Shown here: positions 15,732-23,218 of the stretch, piece after piece
Layout of the letters: each line of letters starts with the position of its first letter
Numbering within the stretch: position 1 is the first letter of the stretch
Assembly (NCBI GenBank): GCA_046523935.1
Contig: CP159586.1
Location: 2,826,490 to 2,850,489, forward strand
DNA: 24,000 nucleotides
Reading direction: 5' to 3'
Source of the DNA: Massilia sp. SR12
GTDB lineage: Bacteria; Pseudomonadota; Gammaproteobacteria; Burkholderiales; Burkholderiaceae_D
The notes under the pieces: generated by a model
What the model saw: only the letters and a program-made list of their open reading frames with translations
Database searches by the model: none
What the model was told of the DNA's origin: nothing
Made by a program: the position numbers and the translations under genes

Positions 15732-16211
15732 ATGATCAAGCAAATCGCCGCCGCCATTGTTATGGCAGCTACCTCGTTCGCCGCTTCCGCAGCCGAAGCG
15801 ACCCCTTACTACGTCGGTGTTGACGCTGGCTACACCAAAGTCGACCATTTCGACAACGACACCAGCTTCGGCATCTTCGGCGGCTACAAGTTCACCCCGA
15901 ACGTCGCAGTTGAAGCGAGCTTCCGCAAACTGGGCGAATTCGGTATCTACGGTGTGAACACCGATGTGAAACAAACCGCCCTCTCCGTGCTGGTTTCCGC
16001 ACCAGTGGCAGACAAGCTGTCGGTATACGGCCGTGTAGGTTACAACCGCATTGAAGCTAGCGCCCGCGGTTACAAGGCACACGACAACAAAGGCCTGTAC
16101 GGCATTGGCGTATCCTACGAGGTTGCCAAAAACGTTGCAGCGCGCGTTGAATGGCAGCGTCCATCCAACGACGGTCAAAACCTGAGCGTGGGCGTTTCCT
16201 ACGCTTTCTAA
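15732..16211 (+). CDS. Small outer-membrane beta-barrel protein (OmpW/OmpX/Opa-like 8-strand type)
   Basis: Signal peptide MIKQIAAAIVMAATSFAASA|AE. Alternating amphipathic strands (YYVGVDAGYTKV, FGIFGGYKF, VAVEASFRKLG, LSVYGRVGYNRI, LYGIGVSYEV, ARVEWQR) and a terminal ...GVSYAF. Codon usage differs from its neighbours (GGT, CGT, GTT, AAA rich), as expected for a highly expressed gene. Confidence 0.85.
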   Translation: MIKQIAAAIVMAATSFAASAAEATPYYVGVDAGYTKVDHFDNDTSFGIFGGYKFTPNVAVEASFRKLGEFGIYGVNTDVKQTALSVLVSAPVADKLSVYGRVGYNRIEASARGYKAHDNKGLYGIGVSYEVAKNVAARVEWQRPSNDGQNLSVGVSYAF

Positions 16212-16230
16212 GCGCTAGCGCTTGAGAGGA

Positions 16231-16263
16231 AAGCCGCCGCCCCCTGGGCTGGCGGCTTTTTTT
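16231..16263 (+). terminator. Rho-independent terminator (probably bidirectional) between the OMP and S41 peptidase genes
   Basis: Stem AAGCCGCC(GCC) ... (GGC)..GGCGGCTT followed by a run of 7 T (16257-16263). The T-tract overlaps the TAA stop (16262-16264) of the convergent gene. In the reverse orientation the hairpin is preceded by an A-run and followed by TTTCCTCTC. Confidence 0.8.
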
Positions 16264-17602
16264 ATTTGGCCTGCAACTGCGCCAGCGCCGCCTCCAGCAC
16301 TTCATCACGGCCGGCGCGCATACCGTCCACGGTGGGTTTGGCGGCGTGCTGCGGCTGCACCCCCACGCCGACAAAGGCGCGTCCGTCGGCATAGGTATCG
16401 AGCTTGGTGCAGATGCGCGCCTGGCCGCCCCCCGGCAGCTTGATGAACAGCGGCTGGCCAGTGCTGCCGCCCGTCGGCTCGCCCACCAGCGCGCCGCGCT
16501 GCATGCCGTCAAAGGCCACGGCAAAATCCTCTGCCGCCGAGAAGGTGGCCGCGCTGGTCAACACCAGCACTGGCTTATCGTAATGGCGCGTGGCGTCCGG
16601 CTGCACCGCATCCGGCGCCTCCGAATACATCGGCATTTCCTTGCCCCAGGCGCGCCAGGAAGGTTTGTAATCGCGCGTGGCCCAGCGGCTGGTCATAAAG
16701 GCCTGCTTGCCCAAGGTCGCCAGGATCTGGTAACCCACGCCGGAATCGCCGCCGCCGTTGCGGCGCACATCGATCACCAGTGCGGAAGACTTGGCAATTT
16801 CGTCGAAGGCCGCCATCCAGGCCTCAGCGGCACTCGCGTCGTCAAAGCTGTTCAGCGCCACATAGGCCACATCGCCCGGCAGCATGCTGAATTCAAACGA
16901 CGGCGGCGCGGCGCCGGCTGCCTTGCGCGCCTCGTGGCTCACGCGCGGCACTTGCTGCTCGAACTGCTTGCCGGCGGCATCGCGGAACACAATGCGCGCC
17001 GCGCTGCCCTCCGCGCCGCGCAGCAGCTGCTGGCTGAAAGTACGCAGCTCCTGGTCCTGCGGGGTGGAAGCGCTGACATACGGCGCCACTTCGCGCGCGG
17101 CATATGCCTTCACGTCCGACCCGTCGATCGACACCACCTCCACGCCCGGCATGATGCCTTTGGCGCGCAGGCCCGGATCGTACACCTCGGTCACGATGAC
17201 GCGGCCTTCGATCGGCAGCGTTTTCAGCAGCGGTATGCCGTACACGCGGGCGTGCAGCTCCTGCGGCGGATAGACGTTGGTATGGCCATCCTTCAGCTTA
17301 GCCACCAGTTCGGTCAGCACGCGGTAATAGTCCTCAGTGCTGCGCGTGGCGCGCACGCGCGGCAAGGTCTCCAGGTACAGCTTGTCCCAGTCCAGCTTTT
17401 CCAGGGTGGCGGTGTCGAAAAAGTTATATTTCACTTCCGACCACAATTTGGACAGGCCGGCGACTTTTTCGTCCTCGCTGATGTTTTCCTTATAGGCTCC
17501 CGCCAGCGCGGCGGACTCCCAATTCATTGCAGGCTGCTGCTGCGCCATTGCGCCGCCGGCCACCAAGGCCAGTATCAGCGCTGCTACATGGCTTTTTGCC
17601 AT
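16262..17602 (-). CDS. Exported S41-family serine peptidase (tail-specific / C-terminal processing protease-like)
   Basis: Start at ATG 17602 (AGGAGA, 4-nt spacing); the track start is 17629. Signal peptide MAKSHVAALILALVAGGAMA. S41 signatures LVIDVRRNGGGDS and VLTSAATFSAAEDFA (Ser nucleophile region). Confidence 0.8.
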   Translation of the reverse strand: MAKSHVAALILALVAGGAMAQQQPAMNWESAALAGAYKENISEDEKVAGLSKLWSEVKYNFFDTATLEKLDWDKLYLETLPRVRATRSTEDYYRVLTELVAKLKDGHTNVYPPQELHARVYGIPLLKTLPIEGRVIVTEVYDPGLRAKGIMPGVEVVSIDGSDVKAYAAREVAPYVSASTPQDQELRTFSQQLLRGAEGSAARIVFRDAAGKQFEQQVPRVSHEARKAAGAAPPSFEFSMLPGDVAYVALNSFDDASAAEAWMAAFDEIAKSSALVIDVRRNGGGDSGVGYQILATLGKQAFMTSRWATRDYKPSWRAWGKEMPMYSEAPDAVQPDATRHYDKPVLVLTSAATFSAAEDFAVAFDGMQRGALVGEPTGGSTGQPLFIKLPGGGQARICTKLDTYADGRAFVGVGVQPQHAAKPTVDGMRAGRDEVLEAALAQLQAK

Positions 17603-17744
17603 CTTGTCTCCTGGATTTGCTGAATGCACGCCATTCTAGTGCCAAGCTGGCAAGCACGCTACCTTGTTACAAGCCTGATACTTTCCGTGGCAGGACTGGC
17701 TGCTAGAATGCTTCCTCGAAAAAACCACTTCACATTTCGAGAAT

Positions 17745-20102
17745 ATGCGCCGACTTGCCCTCCCTTTGCTGGCAGCCCTGCTGGCAGCCCCCGCATTTGC
17801 CCAAACCCCAATCACCCTCGACCAGGCCATGTCGCATCCGGACTGGATCGGCACACCCGTGGAAACCGCGTGGTGGAGCTGGGATGGCAAGCAAATCTTC
17901 TATAAACAAAAACGCGCCGGCTCCTCGCTGCGCGACACCTTCCAGGCCGGCGACAAAGCGCGCCTGGTGAGCGACGCCGAGCTGTCCAACCAGGACAGCC
18001 CCAACCTGGTCTTCAACCGCGAACGTACGCGCGCCATTGTGCTGCGCAACGGCGACCTGTTTGAGCGCGACCTGAAATCCGGCGCCCTGCTGCAGATCAG
18101 CCGCGGCACGGCCAATGCCGCCGCGCCGCAGTACTCGGCGGACGGCCGCAGCGTGCAGTTCAAGGTCGGCAACGACTGGTTTAGCTGGAGCCGCGCCGAG
18201 CGCCTGGTTTCGCCGCTGGCCCTGCCGCGCGCCGCCAAGGACCCGGCCGCCGCGCCGGACGAGGACTTCCTGCGCGACATGCAACTGCGCCTGATCACCA
18301 CGCTCAAGCGCCAGAAAGACGAACGCGACGAAACGCGCGCCCGCGCCAAGGAAGAGCGCCAGGCCGACGCCACCCGCGCCCCGGCCCCGCTCTACTTCGG
18401 CGACAAGGTCTCGATCGACGCCTCCTCGCTGTCGCCGGACGGCCGCTGGCTGCTGGTCGCCACCTCGCCCAAAGGCAGCGAGAACGGCCGCGTCGGCAAG
18501 ATGCCGCGCTACGTGACCGAATCGGGCTACGAAGAATTCGACGACCAGCGCACCCGCGTCGGCCGCAACCTGCCGCTGGCGCAGACGCTCAAGCTGGTCG
18601 ACCTGCGCACCGGCGCCATCAAAGACCTGGCCTTCGACAGCCTGCCCGGCATTACCACCGATCCGCTGGCCAGCCTGCGCGAAGCAGCCAAGCAGCCGGC
18701 CCTGAAAGGCAACCGCGCCACCCGCCTGGCAACAGACGAAGGCGACGGCATTGCCTGGAGCGACAACGGCGCCAAAGTCGCCGTCATGCTGCGCACCGTG
18801 GACAATAAGGACCGCTGGCTGGCCGCCGTCGACCTGGACGCGGCCAAGCTGAATAACCTGCACCGCCTGAGCGACAAAGCCTGGATCAACTACACCTACA
18901 ATGACTTTGGCTGGCTGCCGGACAACAGCACCCTGTGGTTCATGTCCGAGGAAAGCGGCTACTCCCACCTGTACACCCTGGGCGCGGACGGCAAACAGCG
19001 CGCCCTGACCAGCGGCAAATGGGAAGCCTCGAACGTCACCTGGAACGGCGACGGCACCCTGGCGTATATGCTGTGCAACCGCCGCACTCCGGGCGAGTAC
19101 GAAGTGTGCGCGGCCTCCGCCAAGGACGCCACCGTGCGCGAAGTGACGCAGCTGAACGGTGGCGTCGAACAGTTCTCCCTGTCGCCGGACCAGCGCAAGC
19201 TGCTGGTGCATTACTCCTCCGCCTACATGCCCGCGCAACTGGCCACCGTGCCTGCCGCCGGCGGCGCCGCCAGCAAGCTGACCGACACCCGCAGTGCTGA
19301 ATTCAAGGCGCGTGAATGGATCCAGCCGCAAATGGTGGCCGTGCCGACCACCCACAATGCCGGCCAGCCGATCTGGTCCAAGCTGTATCGCCCGGCCAAG
19401 CTGGAACCGGGCAAGAAGTACCCGATCGTGTTGTTCGTGCACGGCGCGGGCTACCTGCAGAACACCCACAACCGCTATCCGCAATACTTCCGCGAGCAGA
19501 TGTTCCACAACCTGCTGGTAGAAAAAGGCTACATCGTGCTGGATATGGACTACCGCGCATCCAAGGGCTATGGCCGCGATTGGCGCACGGCGATCTACCG
19601 CCAGATGGGCCACCCTGAGCTGGAAGACTATGTGGACGGCGCTAAATGGCTGGCTGCCAATCACCAGGGCGATATTGGTAAAGTGGGGATTTACGGCGGC
19701 AGCTACGGCGGCTTCATGACCTTCATGGCGCTGCTGCGCGAACCGGAACTGTTCAAGGCCGGCGCCGCGCTGCGCCCGGTGACCGACTGGACCACCTACA
19801 ACCACGGCTACACCGCCAATATCCTGAACACCCCGGATATTGATCCGGAGGCGTATCGCAAATCGTCGCCGATCGAGTATGCGGACAAGCTGAAAGGCCA
19901 CCTGCTGATCGCCCACGGCATGGTGGACGACAATGTGTTCTTCCAGGACTCGGTGCGCATGGCGCAGCGCTTTATTGAGCTGAAAAAGGATAACTGGGAA
20001 CTGGCAGCCTATCCGCTGGAACGCCACGCTTACACCCAGCCGGAAAGCTGGTATGACCAGTATCGCCGGATTTACCAGTTGTTTGAGCGGACGCTGAAGT
20101 AA
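17745..20102 (+). CDS. Exported S9-family serine peptidase (prolyl oligopeptidase / dipeptidyl-peptidase IV-like)
   Basis: Signal peptide MRRLALPLLAALLAAPAFA|Q. A long N-terminal propeller-like region is followed by an alpha/beta-hydrolase domain. That domain carries the nucleophile elbow GIYGGSYGGFMT, the acid region HGMVDDNVFFQDS and the His in YPLERHAY. Confidence 0.88.
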   Translation: MRRLALPLLAALLAAPAFAQTPITLDQAMSHPDWIGTPVETAWWSWDGKQIFYKQKRAGSSLRDTFQAGDKARLVSDAELSNQDSPNLVFNRERTRAIVLRNGDLFERDLKSGALLQISRGTANAAAPQYSADGRSVQFKVGNDWFSWSRAERLVSPLALPRAAKDPAAAPDEDFLRDMQLRLITTLKRQKDERDETRARAKEERQADATRAPAPLYFGDKVSIDASSLSPDGRWLLVATSPKGSENGRVGKMPRYVTESGYEEFDDQRTRVGRNLPLAQTLKLVDLRTGAIKDLAFDSLPGITTDPLASLREAAKQPALKGNRATRLATDEGDGIAWSDNGAKVAVMLRTVDNKDRWLAAVDLDAAKLNNLHRLSDKAWINYTYNDFGWLPDNSTLWFMSEESGYSHLYTLGADGKQRALTSGKWEASNVTWNGDGTLAYMLCNRRTPGEYEVCAASAKDATVREVTQLNGGVEQFSLSPDQRKLLVHYSSAYMPAQLATVPAAGGAASKLTDTRSAEFKAREWIQPQMVAVPTTHNAGQPIWSKLYRPAKLEPGKKYPIVLFVHGAGYLQNTHNRYPQYFREQMFHNLLVEKGYIVLDMDYRASKGYGRDWRTAIYRQMGHPELEDYVDGAKWLAANHQGDIGKVGIYGGSYGGFMTFMALLREPELFKAGAALRPVTDWTTYNHGYTANILNTPDIDPEAYRKSSPIEYADKLKGHLLIAHGMVDDNVFFQDSVRMAQRFIELKKDNWELAAYPLERHAYTQPESWYDQYRRIYQLFERTLK

Positions 20103-20140
20103 TTAGAACTGCTGAAAAACCGGGAAACCGAAAAACCGGA

Positions 20141-20194
20141 AAACCGGAAAACCAGGGTACGACCCTTAGGGTCGGACCCTGGTTTTCCGGTTTC
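20141..20194. terminator. Long near-perfect hairpin between convergent genes (bidirectional terminator and/or REP-like element)
   Basis: AAACCGGAAAACCAGGGTACGACCC-TTA-GGGTCGGACCCTGGTTTTCCGGTTT forms a stem of about 25 bp with one mismatch and a 3-nt loop. The arms extend imperfectly through more A4-5CCGG units back to about 20114. The element lies 12-100 nt after the S9 peptidase stop and ends 2-8 nt before the thioesterase stop. Confidence 0.7.
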
Positions 20195-20201
20195 ACGGTT
20201 C

Positions 20202-20651
20202 TTAAGGCTTCGCCACACTACTAGGCAAAACCTGAAAATCATCCGTCTGGTACAGCGACTGCCAGGCAGCCAGCAAGGCCGGCGGCGGCGTCACCAATTT
20301 GCGCGCCGTCAAATCCAGCCATCCCCCCGAACTATTAATTCGCGCCGCCAGCTTGCCATCGCTGCGATAGATATCCGAGCGCAGCTGCCAACGGCTGCCG
20401 TCCTGCGACAAGCCCGCCACCGCCAGCGTCACCGTAATCTGGTCCAGCAGCAGCACTTCCTTCGAATAAGAGATTTCGTCCTTCATCACCACCGGACCGA
20501 TGTTCAGGCGCTTGAACTCCGCCATCGGGAATCCATTCTCCGCCAGGAACAGCATGCGGATATCGCCCGCCTTATTCAGGTATGCCGTGTTGGCCATATG
20601 GCTATTGAAATCCATATCGCCCCAACCCGCCATCATCTTGCGCTCAAACAT
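20202..20651 (-). CDS. Hotdog-fold (4HBT/YbgC-like) acyl-CoA thioesterase
   Basis: 149 aa. N-terminal pattern WGDMDFNSHMANTAYLNKAGDIRMLFL is typical of 4HBT thioesterases (the DxD/N..H..N..Y region). Perfect SD GAAGGAG upstream of ATG 20651. It starts 16 nt after the M20 gene stop. Confidence 0.75.
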   Translation of the reverse strand: MFERKMMAGWGDMDFNSHMANTAYLNKAGDIRMLFLAENGFPMAEFKRLNIGPVVMKDEISYSKEVLLLDQITVTLAVAGLSQDGSRWQLRSDIYRSDGKLAARINSSGGWLDLTARKLVTPPPALLAAWQSLYQTDDFQVLPSSVAKP

Positions 20652-20667
20652 CGTGACTCCTTCGTAA

Positions 20668-21897
20668 TCAGCCCTCGGCCGCCAGGAAGTCCAGCAAAGT
20701 CAGCGCCACGATTTTGGTGGCCTTGCGCAAATCTTCCAGCAGCAGTTTTTCATCCGCCTTCTTGGCATTCGATTCGGGCACGCTGCGCGGCCCAGCACCA
20801 TATAGTACAGCGGGAATGCCATGCTCGCCATAGAGGCGGGCATCGGCATACAACGGCGTGCCGACAGCAGGAATATCCTCCCCCAGTACCGATTTGGCAT
20901 TCTTTTGCAGGTTTGCCACCAGTTTTTCGCCCGCCGGCAGCGGACGCAAAGCGTGCGACAGCAACAACCGCTTGATCTCCAGGCGGATGCCGGGCACACC
21001 CTGAACCGCGTCTTCGACCAGCTTGCGCACCTGCGCCTCCACCGCCACCGGGTCCTCTTCCGGGATCATGCGCCGGTCCATCTTCATCACCACCTTACCC
21101 GGCACCACATTGGTATTGGTGCCGCCATCGATGCGGCCCACCAGCATGGTCGGCGAATCAATGCCAGGGACTGTCGATTTGATCTTCTTCAGCTCAGGCA
21201 ACTGGCCATAGATCGCGTTCAGGATTTTGGTCGCCGCCTGCAGCGCATCATGCCCGGTTTCCGGCATGGCGCCATGGCCCGACTTGCCATGCACCGTGAT
21301 TTCCAGTTGCAGGCAAGCGTTGTGCGCCGTCACGATGTTGTAGCTGAAACCCGCAGCGATCACATAATCCGGCCTGGTCAGCTTCTCGCGCAGCAGGAAG
21401 CCGGGGCCAAGCAGGCCGCCGAATTCCTCATCATAGGTAAAGTGCAGCTCCACCCCACCCTTCAGCCTCACACCCAACGCCTCCAGCGCACGCACCGCGA
21501 AGATGTAGGTGGCGAAATCGCACTTCGACACCGCAGCCGCGCGGCCATAGATATAGCCGTTGTCGATCACGCCACCGTAGGGCGGATAAGTCCAGCCCTC
21601 GCCTGGCGGCACCACGTCCCCGTGCGCATTCAGCGCGATGGTCGGGCCGCCGGCCGCGTAAGGGCGGCGGACAATCAGGTTGGTGATCGACTCCATGCCG
21701 TAGTCGCGCACCTCCTGCTCCGGCACCGCATGCTTCTCCGCGCTCCAGCCATAAGCCTTCACCAGCTCCGCCACGGTTTCCGCGTGCGGCGCGTTATTGC
21801 CAGGCGGCGTATCGGTCGGCACACGCAGCACCTGCTGCAGCAAGGCCACTTCCTCATCGAAGTGGTCATCAATCCATTGGGTCAGTTGTTGGTTCAT
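20668..21897 (-). CDS. M20-family metallohydrolase (ArgE/DapE-like deacylase/peptidase)
   Basis: I place the start at ATG 21897 (GGGAG 9 nt upstream), giving MNQQLTQWIDDHFDEEV...; the track start is 21921. M20 motifs: ALNAHGDVVPPGEGW, YGRAAAVSK.D, FTYDEEFGG (catalytic Glu pair), VHGKSGHGAMP, and the dimerisation/lid region. The TAATG overlap with the puuD stop suggests coupling. Confidence 0.82.
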   Translation of the reverse strand: MNQQLTQWIDDHFDEEVALLQQVLRVPTDTPPGNNAPHAETVAELVKAYGWSAEKHAVPEQEVRDYGMESITNLIVRRPYAAGGPTIALNAHGDVVPPGEGWTYPPYGGVIDNGYIYGRAAAVSKCDFATYIFAVRALEALGVRLKGGVELHFTYDEEFGGLLGPGFLLREKLTRPDYVIAAGFSYNIVTAHNACLQLEITVHGKSGHGAMPETGHDALQAATKILNAIYGQLPELKKIKSTVPGIDSPTMLVGRIDGGTNTNVVPGKVVMKMDRRMIPEEDPVAVEAQVRKLVEDAVQGVPGIRLEIKRLLLSHALRPLPAGEKLVANLQKNAKSVLGEDIPAVGTPLYADARLYGEHGIPAVLYGAGPRSVPESNAKKADEKLLLEDLRKATKIVALTLLDFLAAEG

Positions 21898-23105
21898 TAC
21901 TTTGCTCCCGCTGCAAACCACGCGCCCAATTCAGCGCGTTCCGCATCAGTCATATTAGTCAGGTTCCCGATCGGCATATCCTTCTGCTCCACCGCGCGCT
22001 TGTGGATTTGTGCAGCGCGCTGGCGCACCTGGTCAGGCGTATCAAACAACACGCCGGCCGGCGCCGTGGCAAATCCAGGCTGGGTCGGCGTCGCAGCGTG
22101 GCAGGACAGGCAACGCGCATCGATAATCGCTTTCACTTGCGCGAACTGCGCCGCCGGATCGGCGACCGCCCTGGCCGGCGCCGGTTTGGGCGGCGCAATC
22201 GCCACCGCCACCGCCGCCAACAGCGCCACGCCGATTACCGGGTAGCGCCACTCGATGCGGCCCTTATGGCGCAGGTTGAAGAAATGGCGAATGAACACGC
22301 CCGCCGCCATGATCATGCCCAGCACCAGCCAGGCATACTTGTGCTGGTAGGTCATCGCATAATGGTTGCTGATCATGATGAACAGCACCGGCAGCGTAAA
22401 GTAATTGTTATGCACACTGCGCTGCTTGGCCTTGACGCCGTGAATCGGGTCCGGCAAACCGCCCGCCTGCATCGCCTGCACCATCTTGCGCTGGCCAGGG
22501 ATAATCAGCATCGCCACATTGCCCACCATGATGGTGCCGATCATCGCCCCGATATGGATAAAGGCCGCGCGCCCGCTCAGCACTTGCGTCAAGCCATATG
22601 CCGCAGCCACCAGCAGCACGAACACCACCAGGCCAAGCCACTTCTCGCTTTTGCCCAGCGGCGAGCGACACAGCGCGTCGTACACCACCCAGCTAGCCAC
22701 CAGCGAACCGATGCCGATGCCGACCGCCTGCAGGCTGGAGATGTCAGCCACCTGCTTATCCACCATCATCGCCTGCGCGTTGAAGTAATAGGCGATGGTC
22801 AGCAGTGCAATGCCGGACAGCCAGGTGGAATAAGCCTCCCATTTAAACCAATGCAGGTCCTTCGGCAATTGCGCCGGCGCCACCAGGTACTTTTGCGGGT
22901 TATAGAAACCGCCACCGTGCACCGCCCACAGCTCGCCCGAGACACCCTTCTGCGCCAGGTCCGAGCCCGGTGCCGGCGGGCGGATCGAGTTATCCAGCCA
23001 CACGAAATAGAACGACGCACCAATCCAGGCAATGCCTGTGATGATGTGCAACCAACGCACCAACAAGTTAGCCCATTCCAGGCCGTAGGGCAGCAGGTAT
23101 TCCAT
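21897..23105 (-). CDS. puuD: Integral-membrane cytochrome-c urate hydroxylase (PuuD; DUF989 + C-terminal c-type cytochrome domain)
   Basis: The N-terminus MEYLLPYGLEWANLLVRWLHIITGIAWIGASFYFVWLDNS is the hallmark start of the DUF989/PuuD family as I recall it. Multiple TM helices follow. The soluble C-terminal domain carries the heme-binding CLSCH (CxxCH) and DMPIGN. Confidence 0.85.
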   Translation of the reverse strand: MEYLLPYGLEWANLLVRWLHIITGIAWIGASFYFVWLDNSIRPPAPGSDLAQKGVSGELWAVHGGGFYNPQKYLVAPAQLPKDLHWFKWEAYSTWLSGIALLTIAYYFNAQAMMVDKQVADISSLQAVGIGIGSLVASWVVYDALCRSPLGKSEKWLGLVVFVLLVAAAYGLTQVLSGRAAFIHIGAMIGTIMVGNVAMLIIPGQRKMVQAMQAGGLPDPIHGVKAKQRSVHNNYFTLPVLFIMISNHYAMTYQHKYAWLVLGMIMAAGVFIRHFFNLRHKGRIEWRYPVIGVALLAAVAVAIAPPKPAPARAVADPAAQFAQVKAIIDARCLSCHAATPTQPGFATAPAGVLFDTPDQVRQRAAQIHKRAVEQKDMPIGNLTNMTDAERAELGAWFAAGAK

Positions 23106-23181
23106 GCAAGTCCTTGAGTTAGAAAGATGGCAATCTAGCCAAGATACGCGCTTTCAGGTTTCAGTATCATGAAATATGTCG

Positions 23182-23194
23182 TATATTCAAGATA
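23182..23194. promoter_or_regulatory. Candidate LysR-type (T-N11-A) binding box in the puuD/lysR divergent region
   Basis: TATATTCAAGATA is a TAT-N7-ATA interrupted dyad within an AT-rich gap. It is flanked by the 7-bp inverted repeat ATGAAAT (23169-23175) / ATTTCAT (23199-23205). Confidence 0.35.
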
Positions 23195-23218
23195 TTCGAT
23201 TTCATATACGTAAGCAAG

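Noticed and set aside
15732-16211. Lower GC and different codon usage in the OMP gene, as a possible sign of horizontal transfer
   Set aside because: The deviation is the kind seen in highly expressed genes (preference for GGT, CGT, GTT, AAA, TTC). The gene sits behind a near-consensus promoter and ahead of a strong terminator. There are no flanking repeats or mobility genes.
16211-16222. Perfect 12-bp palindrome AGCGCTAGCGCT directly at the OMP stop codon
   Set aside because: It is short and GC-rich, it overlaps the stop codon, and it lies immediately upstream of the real terminator hairpin. Nothing indicates a function beyond chance or a minor contribution to 3' structure.
17646-17670. TGGCAAGCACGCTACC resembling a sigma-54 (-24/-12) promoter between the two peptidase genes
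   Set aside because: The GG and GC elements are not at the required 10-nt spacing (TGGCAC-N5-TTGC). No enhancer-binding-protein gene is nearby.
17730-20027. 765-aa minus-strand ORF
   Set aside because: Antisense shadow of the S9 peptidase gene. The translation is Ala/Gly/Arg/Val-rich and without motifs, whereas the + strand frame has a signal peptide and a complete Ser-Asp-His catalytic set.
20114-20200. Short tandem A4-5CCGG repeats as a possible CRISPR array or minisatellite
   Set aside because: The units are only 7-10 nt with no spacers, and the two halves are complementary. The region is a hairpin-forming intergenic element, not a CRISPR array. It is reported as a finding in that form.
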